The position numbers were made by a program, and so were the translations under genes. Of a stretch of 64,000 nt of DNA, positions 46,951-56,942 are shown piece after piece (positions within the stretch are counted from its first letter, which is position 1; every line of letters starts with the position of its first letter). Below the pieces are notes generated by a model. The model made no database searches. It saw nothing but the letters and a program-made list of their open reading frames with translations, and was not told where the DNA came from. Origin of the DNA: Candidatus Latescibacterota bacterium (GTDB lineage Bacteria > Latescibacterota > UBA2968 > UBA8231); the NCBI GenBank assembly GCA_963422735.1, contig OY730476.1, forward strand, positions 4,064,001 through 4,128,000. The letters are read 5' to 3'.

Positions 46951-49272
46951 TTGGCGCGTCTTCCGTCCATATCTCGGTGCTTTTGGCCCGGCGTCTTTGC
47001 AGCGGCCCTTGGCGCGGGAGTTGCCGGAGGGGACGCGCTGAAGAACGCGGATGGATCGTGGAAATACAGCAATCATCTGGTGGGGGAGACGAGCCTCTAT
47101 TTATTGCTGCACGCGCACAATCCGGTCGAGTGGTACCCTTGGGGAGAGGAGGCACTAGCGCGGGCCAAGGCCGAGGACAAGCCGATCTTCCTGTCGGTCG
47201 GCTACTCGACCTGCTATTGGTGCCACGTCATGGAGCGGCTGGTCTTTTCCGATCCCGCGATCGCCGCGCAGATGAATGCCAGTTTTGTCAATATCAAGGT
47301 CGATCGGGAGGAGCGGCCCGACATCGACCGCATTTACATGTTGGCGACCCAACTAACTACCCGACGCGGCGGCTGGCCCAATTCGGTGTTTTTGACCCCA
47401 AGCGAGGAGCCGTTTTTCGCCGGCACGTACTTTCCGCCCAAGCCCTTACCCGGTCGGCCTTCCTTTCCCCAAGTCTTGGACTTTATGCGCCAGCGCTGGC
47501 AGGACCAGCGCGAGCAGGTGCTGCAAGTTGCGGCCCGCTTAACCGCGGCCATTCGCGACTTGGAATCCGGGCAGCAGATGGCGGCCGTGCCTCCAGATTC
47601 TTTGTTAGTAGCGCGGGTGCTAGCCGCTGTTCAGGTGCGCTACGACGCGATTAACGGCGGCTTCGGGGGTGCGCCCAAATTTCCTCCGAGCTTGCGCTTG
47701 GAGATGCTGATGGCCACGACCGAGCGCTTTGCCGACCCCCAAGTACAGCGCATCGTCTTGCACTCGCTGGAGCGGATGGCGACCGGCGGCATCTACGACC
47801 AAATCGGCGGAGGCTTTCACCGCTACGCCACGGACGCCGAGTGGCGAGTGCCGCACTTCGAGAAGATGCTCTACAGCCAAGCTCATTTGTCGCGGCTGTA
47901 CTTGCGTGCGTACGAACTGACGGGAGACGACCGCTGGCGGTGGGTGGCAGAGGATATTTTTCACTTTGTCGCGCGGGAGATGACCGGGCCGGAGGGAGCT
48001 TTTTACTCGGCATTGGACGCCGAAACCGAGGCCGAAGAGGGCAAGTACTACCTGTGGACTGTGAGGGATCTGGAAAATGTGTTGGGGCGCGAGGTGGAGT
48101 TGTTTTGGGCCGTCTATGGGTTGGCCCCCATGCCCGAGGGCGAGGAAGGCGTCCTCTACGTGCAAACGCCGTCTGCTGAGGCCGAGCAGCGGGATCGGAT
48201 GGCACCTTTGCGGCAGCGCGTCCTTGCAGCGCGGGCCGAGCGGCCCTATCCCCTCCTAGACGACAAGGTGCTAGCCGCTTGGAACGGGATGATGATCGAA
48301 GCGTACGCACGGGGATTCGCGGTCTTGGGCGATCTTGCATATCGCCGAGCGGCCGAGCGAGCGGCTGATTTCGCTCTCAAGCATCTGCGGCGCGAGGACG
48401 GGGGGTTGTGGCGGGTCCACCGGCTGGGGATTTCGCAGCAGGCCGCGTACCTAGACGACTATGCATTTTTGGCGCGCGGGCTGACGGCATTGTACCGGGC
48501 CACCGGCGAGGCGCGGTGGTTGCAGGCCGCGCGCGAGCTGAGCGCCGAGATGGTGGCCCGGTTTTGGGATGAAGATGTCGAAGGTTTTTTCTTTACTGAA
48601 GCTAGCAACGCGCTCATCGTGCGGAGCAAGTTCGCCCAAGACTCGGCCTTGCCTTCGGGCAACGCGGTGGCCGCCCACGCGCTGCTAGACTTGGCCGAAC
48701 TGACGGGCCAAGCGCACTATCGCAGCCGGGCGGCGCAAATTCTATCCGCTTTTGGCGGGGCCATCTGGGCACAGCCCTCGGCCTCGGTACATTTGGCTGC
48801 CGCAGTCGAGCGCCATCTGCAAGCGTCGCTGTCCGCAGCCGCATTAGCGGACACCTACGCGGATTCGCTGGTCTCCATGCGGGTTGAACTGCCCGCGCAA
48901 CAGCCCGTGGCGGGCGAGGCTTTTGCCGTGGCAGTGCATCTAGATATCCGCCCGGGCTGGCACATCAACGCTAACCCGGCCTCGGACGACTTGCTCATTC
49001 CCACCTCGCTGACGCTCAATGCGGACTGGCCGTTGGACTTTGCCCACGTGCGCTATCCCATAGGCCGCTCTCAGGTCTTTCCAGTCCTAGAAGAGACGCT
49101 CTCGGTGTACGAGGATCAGGTCGCGCTGTGGGCGGATTTGTCGCTGCCCAAAAGTGCGGCGGGAACGGCGGGTCATTTGCGCTTCCTGATCCAATATCAA
49201 GCATGTGACGAGACTCATTGCCTCCCCCCGGCGGAATTGAGCCGCAGCGTGCGAGTGGCCGTGGCACCATGA
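46951..49272 (+). CDS. exported YyaL/DUF255 (SPATA20-like) thioredoxin-domain protein with C-terminal DsbD-N-like domain
   Basis: [51 protein letters not shown]; tail GWHINAN...[12 protein letters not shown]. Confidence 0.85.
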   Translation: MARLPSISRCFWPGVFAAALGAGVAGGDALKNADGSWKYSNHLVGETSLYLLLHAHNPVEWYPWGEEALARAKAEDKPIFLSVGYSTCYWCHVMERLVFSDPAIAAQMNASFVNIKVDREERPDIDRIYMLATQLTTRRGGWPNSVFLTPSEEPFFAGTYFPPKPLPGRPSFPQVLDFMRQRWQDQREQVLQVAARLTAAIRDLESGQQMAAVPPDSLLVARVLAAVQVRYDAINGGFGGAPKFPPSLRLEMLMATTERFADPQVQRIVLHSLERMATGGIYDQIGGGFHRYATDAEWRVPHFEKMLYSQAHLSRLYLRAYELTGDDRWRWVAEDIFHFVAREMTGPEGAFYSALDAETEAEEGKYYLWTVRDLENVLGREVELFWAVYGLAPMPEGEEGVLYVQTPSAEAEQRDRMAPLRQRVLAARAERPYPLLDDKVLAAWNGMMIEAYARGFAVLGDLAYRRAAERAADFALKHLRREDGGLWRVHRLGISQQAAYLDDYAFLARGLTALYRATGEARWLQAARELSAEMVARFWDEDVEGFFFTEASNALIVRSKFAQDSALPSGNAVAAHALLDLAELTGQAHYRSRAAQILSAFGGAIWAQPSASVHLAAAVERHLQASLSAAALADTYADSLVSMRVELPAQQPVAGEAFAVAVHLDIRPGWHINANPASDDLLIPTSLTLNADWPLDFAHVRYPIGRSQVFPVLEETLSVYEDQVALWADLSLPKSAAGTAGHLRFLIQYQACDETHCLPPAELSRSVRVAVAP

Positions 49273-51296
49273 TCCACTGCGAAGACCTCATCGGCTGCGG
49301 AGTGGACGAACTAGAGGCCGCCAAGCTCCTCGCCCAAGTCGAAGCCCTCTCCGGCACACCGGAAGCGCGCTGGCGGGAAGCGGCCCGTTGCATTCTGAGG
49401 CCGGATCATCCCTTCGCACTGCACCAGTTGATCTATCGAGCAATCTACGGTAGCGCAGGCGGCCCGGTGTTTTTCCCCGAGTTAGCAGATATTGAGTACG
49501 CGCATATAACGGCACTGCGGCGCGAGCTTGGTCTGGATTCGCACGCCGCGCTCTTTGCATGGTCGGTTGCAGAGCGGGAGGCGTTTTGGGAGCGGACGAT
49601 CGCTCGCTTGGGAATTCGCTTTCGCAAGCCATACGCGCGGCTTCTCGATCTCTCCCAAGGAATCGAAGTGCCCAAGTGGTTTGTCGGGGCCGAGATGAAT
49701 ATCGCCGAGAGTTGCTTCCAAGCTCCCGCCGATCAGACGGCCATTGTATTCCAGCGCGAGGGCGGCCGACTTGAGCGGATGAGTTTCGGTGCCTTGGAAG
49801 CCCTATGCGACCGGGTCGCCGGCGGGTTGTGCGCGTTGGGATTGGGTCCCGGCGACCGGATTGCCGTGGCCATGCCGATGACGGCCGAGTCCGTGGCGAT
49901 CTATCTGGGGAGCGTCAAGGCCGGTTGCGCGGTGGTCGCCATCGCCGATAGCTTCGCCGCCCCCCAGATCGCCGCCCGGCTGCGGATAGGGGAGGCCAAA
50001 GCCGTTTTTACGCAGGACGTGATTTTGCGCGGGGGGCGCGAGTTGCCGCTGTATTCGCGCTTAGTCGCCGCGGAGGCCCCGTTGGCAATCGCGTTGCCGG
50101 GGCATGTGGAAGGGCTGACGGAGGCGTTGCGCCCCCGGGATCTGAGCTGGGACGAATTCTTGCAAGCCGACGCTGTGCCTGCGGCCGTGGCCTGTGACCC
50201 CGAAGAGACAACTAATGTCCTGTTTTCGTCGGGGACTACCGGCGACCCCAAGGCCCTGCCTTGGACCCATGTCAACCCGATCAAGTGCGGTGCAGACGCG
50301 CACTATCATCAAGATGTTCACCCGGGCGACGTGGTCGCTTGGCCGACCAATTTGGGCTGGATGATGGGGCCGTGGCTGATTTACGCCGCCTTTTTGAACC
50401 GGGCGACCATGGCGCTCTACTATGGTACGCCAACGGAGCGGGGTTTTGGGGAGTTTGTGCAAGCGGCTGGCATTACCATGCTCGGCGTCATTCCGAGCAT
50501 GGTGCGGACTTGGCGCAGCACGGGCTGCATGGAGGGAATAGACTTTTCGGCGATTCGGGCTTTTAGTGCCACCGGGGAGTGCTCCAATGCCGAGGACATG
50601 CACTATCTGATGGCGCTGGCGGGGTATCGGCCGATACTCGAATACTGCGGCGGCACCGAGCTGGCGGGCGGCTACTTGCTCAGCACACTAGTCGAGCCGG
50701 TCGCACCCGCGACCTTTAATTCGGCGACGCTGGGGACGGACTTGGCGATTTTGGACGAAGACGGGCAGGAGTGCGAAAGCGGCGAGGTCTTTCTGGTCCC
50801 GCCCGCCATTGGAATGTCAACTCGGGTGCTCAACCGCGACCACCGAGAAGTGTACTATGCGGGCGTACCCAAGCGGGATGGGGTGCCACTGCGCCGCCAT
50901 GGCGACCAAGTCGAGCGGCTGGCCCCGGGCATCTACCGGGTCCACGGCCGAGCCGACGACGCGATGAACCTAGGGGGGATTAAGGTGAGTTCCGCGGAGA
51001 TCGAGCGGATATTGAATGCGATGCCGGGCGTGGTCGAGACCGCCGCGATTGCCGTGCCGCCGCTGGGGGGCGGGCCGAGCCGGCTGGTGATCTTCGCGGT
51101 GTTGGAGGACGCCGGTGACCACTTGCAAGATGCGATGCAACAAGCGATCCGCCGGGAACTCAATCCGCTCTTCAAAATTCACGAGGTGGTGATGGTGGAA
51201 TCGCTGCCGCGGACCGCGTCGAACAAGGTGATGCGGCGGGTCTTGCGGGAGCGGTACGGAAGAAAACCGCGCGAACATCGACGCGCTGGCCCGTAG
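49269..51296 (+). CDS. acyl-CoA synthetase, AAE17/AAE18-like
   Basis: [65 protein letters not shown]; ATGA overlap. Confidence 0.85.
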   Translation: MIHCEDLIGCGVDELEAAKLLAQVEALSGTPEARWREAARCILRPDHPFALHQLIYRAIYGSAGGPVFFPELADIEYAHITALRRELGLDSHAALFAWSVAEREAFWERTIARLGIRFRKPYARLLDLSQGIEVPKWFVGAEMNIAESCFQAPADQTAIVFQREGGRLERMSFGALEALCDRVAGGLCALGLGPGDRIAVAMPMTAESVAIYLGSVKAGCAVVAIADSFAAPQIAARLRIGEAKAVFTQDVILRGGRELPLYSRLVAAEAPLAIALPGHVEGLTEALRPRDLSWDEFLQADAVPAAVACDPEETTNVLFSSGTTGDPKALPWTHVNPIKCGADAHYHQDVHPGDVVAWPTNLGWMMGPWLIYAAFLNRATMALYYGTPTERGFGEFVQAAGITMLGVIPSMVRTWRSTGCMEGIDFSAIRAFSATGECSNAEDMHYLMALAGYRPILEYCGGTELAGGYLLSTLVEPVAPATFNSATLGTDLAILDEDGQECESGEVFLVPPAIGMSTRVLNRDHREVYYAGVPKRDGVPLRRHGDQVERLAPGIYRVHGRADDAMNLGGIKVSSAEIERILNAMPGVVETAAIAVPPLGGGPSRLVIFAVLEDAGDHLQDAMQQAIRRELNPLFKIHEVVMVESLPRTASNKVMRRVLRERYGRKPREHRRAGP

Positions 51297-51319
51297 AGAC
51301 CGAGCGAAAGGAGCATCCG

Positions 51320-52762
51320 ATGAAATATTACTGTCTGTCCGCTTTGCTGCTGGTGGCGGTCTATCCGGCTGGGGCTGGCCGCTACGATGAGCCGGGCTTT
51401 CTCACCAGCCACCTCGTCTCCGGCGGGGTGCCCAAAGACGGCATCCCCGCTCTGACCAATCCCACCTTCGTCGCGCCGGACGAAGTCGGCTACCTAGTAG
51501 AAGACGATGTGGTCATGGGGATAGTCATCAACGGCCAACCGCGAGCGTACCCGCACAACATTGGCTGGTGGAACGAGATCATCAACGATCGCGTCGGCGA
51601 TCAGTCGGTCGCAGTGTCCCTGTGCCCGCTTACGGGCACCGGCCAAGTCTTCAACGCCACCGATAGCGATGGTTCGCAAATCGAGTTCGGGGTCTCCGGT
51701 CTGCTGATCAACAGCAACTTGGTCATGTACGACCGACGCGATGGCGAAACGCTCTACCCGCAGATGATTTACACGGCTATCAACGGTCCCCAAGTCGGCG
51801 ACCGCCTAGAACTGATGCCCGTGGTGGAGACGACTTGGGCGCTGTGGAAGCGGATGTACCCAAGCACCACCGTGGTAAAAGCCACCACTGGCCAAGGGAA
51901 CTACAACTCGCGGGCTGCTTACAACGAACAGCAATATACCTTCTATCCTTACGGCGACTACCGCACCAGCAACGAGTACCTGATTTTCCTGCCGACGACC
52001 AACGGCGGCGCATTCGACCAGCGCTTTGCCACCAAGGATCTCGTGTTAGGGCTGTGCCGCGGCGACCAGACCAAGGCCTTCCCCTTCGCGCTGATGCCCG
52101 ACGGGGCGGTTATCAACGATCTCGTCGGCGACGATCCCGTAGTCGTCCTATTCGACGTCGAGTCGCGCACGGCCTTGGCCTATTTCAGCCAACTCGACGA
52201 CGCGCCATTGAGCTTTTACGGGGTGGCGTCCGAGGGGCCGTTGCCGATGGAGTTTGTGGATGCGGAAACGGGTTCGCGCTGGAACATGCTCGGCCAAGCC
52301 GTTGCGGGGCCGCTTGCGGGGAGGCGATTAGAGCAAGTCCCGGCGTACAACGCCATGTGGTTTGCCTGGGCCGCCTACTGGCCCGATACTGCGGTCTGGC
52401 AGCCGGGCGAGGGGATCCTCAGCGTAGAGGACATCGAGCAAGTCGCAACGATCGTCGCAGCCTTTGACGCCCAGCCTACGGGCTTTGCCCTGCGGCAAAA
52501 CTTTCCCAACCCGTTCAACGCTCAGACATTGATTCAGTACGAGCTTCCAGCGGCCGGGCCGATGCGGCTTGGCATGTTCAACACGGCTGGGCAGCGAGTG
52601 CGCTTGCTGGTAGAAGAGCACCAAGCGGCCGGGCTATACTTGCAACCCTGGGACGGACGTGACGACGCCGGGGCGCAGGTAGCGAGCGGGACGTATCTGT
52701 ACAGATTGGAGATGCCCTCGGCGAGGTTTAGCCAGACGCGGATGATGACGTTGGTGCGTTGA
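51320..52762 (+). CDS. secreted DUF3179 protein with C-terminal FlgD-Ig/T9SS-like domain
   Basis: KDGIPAL, RAYP, CPLTGTG, FGVSGLLINSNLVMYDR, WFAWAAYWPDT; tail QNFPNPFN...WDGRDDAG..VASGTYLYRL...MTLVR. Confidence 0.8.
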   Translation: MKYYCLSALLLVAVYPAGAGRYDEPGFLTSHLVSGGVPKDGIPALTNPTFVAPDEVGYLVEDDVVMGIVINGQPRAYPHNIGWWNEIINDRVGDQSVAVSLCPLTGTGQVFNATDSDGSQIEFGVSGLLINSNLVMYDRRDGETLYPQMIYTAINGPQVGDRLELMPVVETTWALWKRMYPSTTVVKATTGQGNYNSRAAYNEQQYTFYPYGDYRTSNEYLIFLPTTNGGAFDQRFATKDLVLGLCRGDQTKAFPFALMPDGAVINDLVGDDPVVVLFDVESRTALAYFSQLDDAPLSFYGVASEGPLPMEFVDAETGSRWNMLGQAVAGPLAGRRLEQVPAYNAMWFAWAAYWPDTAVWQPGEGILSVEDIEQVATIVAAFDAQPTGFALRQNFPNPFNAQTLIQYELPAAGPMRLGMFNTAGQRVRLLVEEHQAAGLYLQPWDGRDDAGAQVASGTYLYRLEMPSARFSQTRMMTLVR

Positions 52763-52817
52763 TTTTGGGACTGTTTGCCAAGCCTTTCCCTTATATATCC
52801 CTGAGAAGGCTAATGGC

Positions 52818-52910
52818 ATGTTGAAGCTCGCCGTTGTTACAGGCGTGATGCTGTGGGGTGGCCTCGCCGAGGCGATGACGTGGGATTCGACGACGGGACG
52901 ACGCAAGGGG
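52818..52910 (+). pseudogene. 5' remnant of a secreted protein
   Basis: Signal-peptide-like MLKLAVVTGVMLWGGLAEA; restoring one base gives MTWDFDDGTTQG; no continuation. Confidence 0.35.
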
Positions 52911-52972
52911 GAGCCGCCAAAGTGGCTGTTGCATAGGGAGGTCGGGCTGAAAATTGCCACGGGAGAGACGAC

Positions 52973-55339
52973 ATGAGCAATTGCCTCGGTCGCTATCTAC
53001 ACTGGTTGCACACGCGGTGGCCAGCCGGCGTGGTGGAAAAGTTGCCGCGGGTGGATGAGCACGGGCAGGGCAATATCCCCGGGCTGTACATCGTCGGCGA
53101 CTTGACCGGGATTCCGCTGTTGAAGTTCTCGGCCGATACGGGCGCACGGGCCGTGCAGCACATCGCAGCCGACGAGACATTCCAGCCCAGCAAGGGGCAG
53201 GAGGATGTCTTGGACTTGGCGATTGTCGGCGCGGGCGTTTCCGGCATGTCGGCAGCCTTGGAGGCGCGGGAGGCAGGATTGTCGTTTGTGCTTTTGGAGG
53301 CGACCGAGCCGTTTTCCACGCTGGTCAATTTTCCCAAAGGAAAGCCCATTTACACTTATCCCACCGAAATGGAGCCGGCCGGGCAGATCCGCTTTGCCGC
53401 CGAGGTTAAGGAGCCGCTGATCGAGGAGCTGTACGAGCAGACGCTCGCCCAAGGCATTGAGCCGACTAGGGCGCGCGTTGAGCAGGTAAAAAGGCGGGGA
53501 GACCACTTTGAATTGGAGATCCCGCGCCAGGAGAATATCAAGGCCCGCCGCGTGATCGTCGGGATCGGGCGCTCGGGTAACTTTCGCAAGCTAGGGGTGC
53601 CGGGCGAAAATCTGGACAAGGTATTCAACCGCTTGCACGACCCGGTTGACTTCTGCGACAAAGACGTGCTGGTCGTTGGCGGCGGCGACAGCGCCTTAGA
53701 GGCGGCCATTGCCATCGCCCAATGTGGAGGGCGAGTGACCGTCTCCTACCGCAAGCCCGAATTTTCTCGCCCTAAGCCTGAAAACGTCGAAAAGCTGAAC
53801 ATGCTTGCGGCCGATCCAATGGCTGACGCGGCCGTGGATACCCCTTCTTCCGAGCGGGTGACGACTAGCAGTGGTGCCTTTATGGAGAAGGGCCGCCAAG
53901 CGGGGTCAATCCGCCTACTGATGGCCAGCCAAGTGCTGCACATTGAAGACGCGGTCGCGCTCAAAGACGCCGAAGGCCACGAACTGAGCCTGCCCAACGA
54001 CGCGGTGTTTTCCATGATTGGGCGCGAGGCCCCGCTCGAGTTTTTCCGCCGCTCGGGCGTCGAAATAAGCGGCGAAATGAAGAGCAAGCAGTGGTGGGGC
54101 TTTGGACTTTTTATGGCCTTTTGTTTTTTCGTCTATAACTGGAAGGCCGGCGGTGCGCTGACCAACCTCTTCAAAGGGGGTGAACTCTTCCCCTTCAACG
54201 TGCCCGAATGGATGCAGAGGCTGTCGGCCCAGGCTGGAGATATGACGACGCTGCTGGGGATCCTCGCCTTCAACCTCGGCAAGCCCGGCTTCTGGTATAG
54301 TTTGGCCTATACGCTCTTGGTCATAGTCTTCGGGTACAAGCGGATTGCGCGGCGGCGGATCCCTTACGTCAAGTGGCAGACCTTTTCGCTGGGGGCGGTG
54401 CAGATAGTCCCGCTCTTTCTCCTACCCTATATCGTCCTGCCCTATCTGGGCCACAACGGATTTTTCGATTCAGGTTGGGCCAAGGCCGTGGCTGACCAAC
54501 TCTTCCCAGTGGTCCATTACGACCACGGACGCGAGTACTGGCGGGCTTTTGGGCTGGTGCTGGCTTGGCCGCTCTTTGTGTGGAACGTCTTCAGCGGCGA
54601 GCCGCTGTGGTGGTGGCTGGCCATCAGCGCGGTGCAGACGTTTGTGGCCATTCCGCTGATGATCTACTTCTGGGGCAAGGGGGCCTATTGCGGCTGGATC
54701 TGTTCCTGCGGCGCACTCGCCGAGACTTTGGGCGACGCGCAGCGGCACAAGATGCCGCACGGGGCCTTCTGGAACAAGATGAACATCATAGGCCAAGTGA
54801 TCCTCTTCCTGTGCGTGGTGATGCTCCTAGGGAGAATTGCGAGTTGGGTATGGCCGGACACGGGCTTGGGTCAATGGATGCGCGGGCTGTACGAAGGCAT
54901 GCTCTACGGCTGGCAGGTCTTAGGCATCCAGCTCAACTACAAATGGGCCATTGACCTGATGCTGGCGGGCGTAGTGGGCTACGGTGCCTATTTCTGGTTC
55001 AGCGGCCGGGTGTGGTGCCGCTTCGCCTGCCCGCTGGCGGCCCTGATGCACATCTATGCGCGCTTCAGCCGCTTCCGCATCCTCGCCGACAAGAAAAAGT
55101 GCATCTCCTGCAATGTCTGCACCTCGGTATGCCACCAAGGCATCGACATTATGAACTTCGCCAACAAGGGGCTGCCCATGGCCGACCCGGAGTGCGTGCG
55201 CTGTAGCGCGTGTGTGCAGTCTTGCCCGACGGGTGTGCTGGAGTTTGGTCAGATCGACAAAAGCGGAGAGGTGATAAAGACCGATGGGTTAGCGGCGTCG
55301 CCAGTGCGGATGCAGGAGAAGGAAAAGAGTGGTGAGTGA
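52973..55339 (+). CDS. fusion of a TrxB/YpdA-like FAD/NAD(P)H oxidoreductase and a polytopic 4Fe-4S (NapH/MauN-like) domain
   Basis: VGAGVSG, VGGGDSA; TM block; CGWICSCG, WCRFACP, CISCNVCTSVC, CVRCSACVQSCP. Confidence 0.8.
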   Translation: MSNCLGRYLHWLHTRWPAGVVEKLPRVDEHGQGNIPGLYIVGDLTGIPLLKFSADTGARAVQHIAADETFQPSKGQEDVLDLAIVGAGVSGMSAALEAREAGLSFVLLEATEPFSTLVNFPKGKPIYTYPTEMEPAGQIRFAAEVKEPLIEELYEQTLAQGIEPTRARVEQVKRRGDHFELEIPRQENIKARRVIVGIGRSGNFRKLGVPGENLDKVFNRLHDPVDFCDKDVLVVGGGDSALEAAIAIAQCGGRVTVSYRKPEFSRPKPENVEKLNMLAADPMADAAVDTPSSERVTTSSGAFMEKGRQAGSIRLLMASQVLHIEDAVALKDAEGHELSLPNDAVFSMIGREAPLEFFRRSGVEISGEMKSKQWWGFGLFMAFCFFVYNWKAGGALTNLFKGGELFPFNVPEWMQRLSAQAGDMTTLLGILAFNLGKPGFWYSLAYTLLVIVFGYKRIARRRIPYVKWQTFSLGAVQIVPLFLLPYIVLPYLGHNGFFDSGWAKAVADQLFPVVHYDHGREYWRAFGLVLAWPLFVWNVFSGEPLWWWLAISAVQTFVAIPLMIYFWGKGAYCGWICSCGALAETLGDAQRHKMPHGAFWNKMNIIGQVILFLCVVMLLGRIASWVWPDTGLGQWMRGLYEGMLYGWQVLGIQLNYKWAIDLMLAGVVGYGAYFWFSGRVWCRFACPLAALMHIYARFSRFRILADKKKCISCNVCTSVCHQGIDIMNFANKGLPMADPECVRCSACVQSCPTGVLEFGQIDKSGEVIKTDGLAASPVRMQEKEKSGE

Positions 55340-55345
55340 AAACCA

Positions 55346-56809
55346 CTAGCCACTAGCCAGTGCCTGCTCTAGCCGCTGGCAAAACGTCTCAATGACCTTG
55401 AGGCGGGCGAAGCGTTTGTCGTTGCCCTCCACCAAGATCCAAGGAGCAGCGGGCGTGTGGGTGCGGGCTACCATGTCGTCAACAGCGGCCTCGTAATCGT
55501 CCCATTTCTCTCGGTTGCGCCAGTCCTCGTCGGTGATCTTCCAGCGCTTGTGCGGAGTCGCCTGACGCGCCTTGAAGCGCCGGAGCTGCTCGTCCTTGTC
55601 TATGTGAATCCAGTATTTGGCTACCACCATGCCGTGGTCTGTTAGCTGCTTCTCGAAATCGTTGATCTCGCCGTACGCCCGCTTCCAAGCCGCTTTGGCG
55701 GCAAAGCCCTCGACGCGCTCGACTAGCACCCGGCCATACCAACTGCGGTCGAAAATCACTATCCGACCTGCGCGCGGCAGGTGGTGCCAAAAGCGCCATA
55801 GATAGTGTTGGGCGTGCTCCTCGTCCGTGGGGGCGGCGACTCGGATGATCTGATAGATACAGGCGTCGAGGGCGGCAGTCAGGCGCTGGATGACCCCGCT
55901 CTTGCCGGCTGCATCGGCCCCTTCGAAAGTCAAGATGGTAGAGACGCCTTTGCGGCGAGCCTGCTGAGTCAAGCGATAGAGCCGGCCCTGGTATCGCTCT
56001 AGCAAAGCTTGGTACTCCTTCTTGGGTACCCGCTTTTTCATGTCTAGCTGGGTCAGCACGTTGGGCGCGGGCGGCCAATCTGAGCCAACGAGCTTGAAGC
56101 AACTCTTTTGGGCCAGACGCTGGCCAATGGCGTCGCGCACGGCGCGGCCCACCATCAACATGTAGTGAGGATCGCTGCCTTCGACAACCTGCCAATGAGC
56201 GCCGCTGATGTTGGTCTTTTTTAGTAAGCGATCGGCGGCTCGCTTGAACTCGTCGTAGTACTTCAAGCCCTCTCTTGCGTCTGCGTTCACCTGCCAGCGG
56301 GTCTGCGGGTTTTGCTCCAAGTCCGCAATGCGTTTCTGCCGCGCCTCTTTGTCCAAGTGAATCCACAACTTGATCAGCAGCGCACCATCGACGACGAGCG
56401 CATTTTCAAAGGCCGCAATGCGGTCGCTGTCGCGATCAAAGGCCGCCTCATCGCTTCGCCCATGCGCTAGGTCGCGCAACGGGCGATCGCACCAGCCGTT
56501 CAAGTATATGCCGATTGTTCCCTTCGGCGGCAAGGAGAGCCAATAGCGCCAGTATTCTGGACGCTCGCGTTCCTCTGCGGACGGTGGCTCAAAGGCGCAG
56601 ACCGCGATGCTGTGCGAATCCATCCACTGGCTGAGCGCGTTGCTCGCCTTGCTCGTACCTGCGCCGGCAAAGCCACCTAAGACGATGAGAGTTGGAAAGC
56701 GAGCTTGCTGCAACCGCTCTTGAGCAGCGAGCAGTTCCGTGCGCAACTCGGCTTCAAGCTCCTTGTAGCGGCTATTCGGAACGCCGCGCTCCAACTCTTT
56801 GGTTGCCAT
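55346..56809 (-). CDS. ppk2: polyphosphate:AMP phosphotransferase (two-domain class II PPK2)
   Basis: Degenerate N-domain (GFAGAGTS); C-domain EGADAAGKS, FDRSWYGRVLVERVEG, WKITDEDWRNR. Confidence 0.9.
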   Translation of the reverse strand: MATKELERGVPNSRYKELEAELRTELLAAQERLQQARFPTLIVLGGFAGAGTSKASNALSQWMDSHSIAVCAFEPPSAEERERPEYWRYWLSLPPKGTIGIYLNGWCDRPLRDLAHGRSDEAAFDRDSDRIAAFENALVVDGALLIKLWIHLDKEARQKRIADLEQNPQTRWQVNADAREGLKYYDEFKRAADRLLKKTNISGAHWQVVEGSDPHYMLMVGRAVRDAIGQRLAQKSCFKLVGSDWPPAPNVLTQLDMKKRVPKKEYQALLERYQGRLYRLTQQARRKGVSTILTFEGADAAGKSGVIQRLTAALDACIYQIIRVAAPTDEEHAQHYLWRFWHHLPRAGRIVIFDRSWYGRVLVERVEGFAAKAAWKRAYGEINDFEKQLTDHGMVVAKYWIHIDKDEQLRRFKARQATPHKRWKITDEDWRNREKWDDYEAAVDDMVARTHTPAAPWILVEGNDKRFARLKVIETFCQRLEQALASG

Positions 56810-56942
56810 TGATCGCCTCTCTCCCTTACAAAAATAGTAAAAAAATCGTCACTAATTCCAGCCCGCAATCCGCAACACATCGATTGCCGACCGCAGGGCA
56901 AAACCGTAGATTTTTGTACCCTTTGGCAAAGGAGCCTTTGGC

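Noticed and set aside
47210-47235. CYWCH as a haem c attachment site
   Set aside because: It is the conserved thioredoxin-like C..CHVM motif of the YyaL family, not a cytochrome domain.
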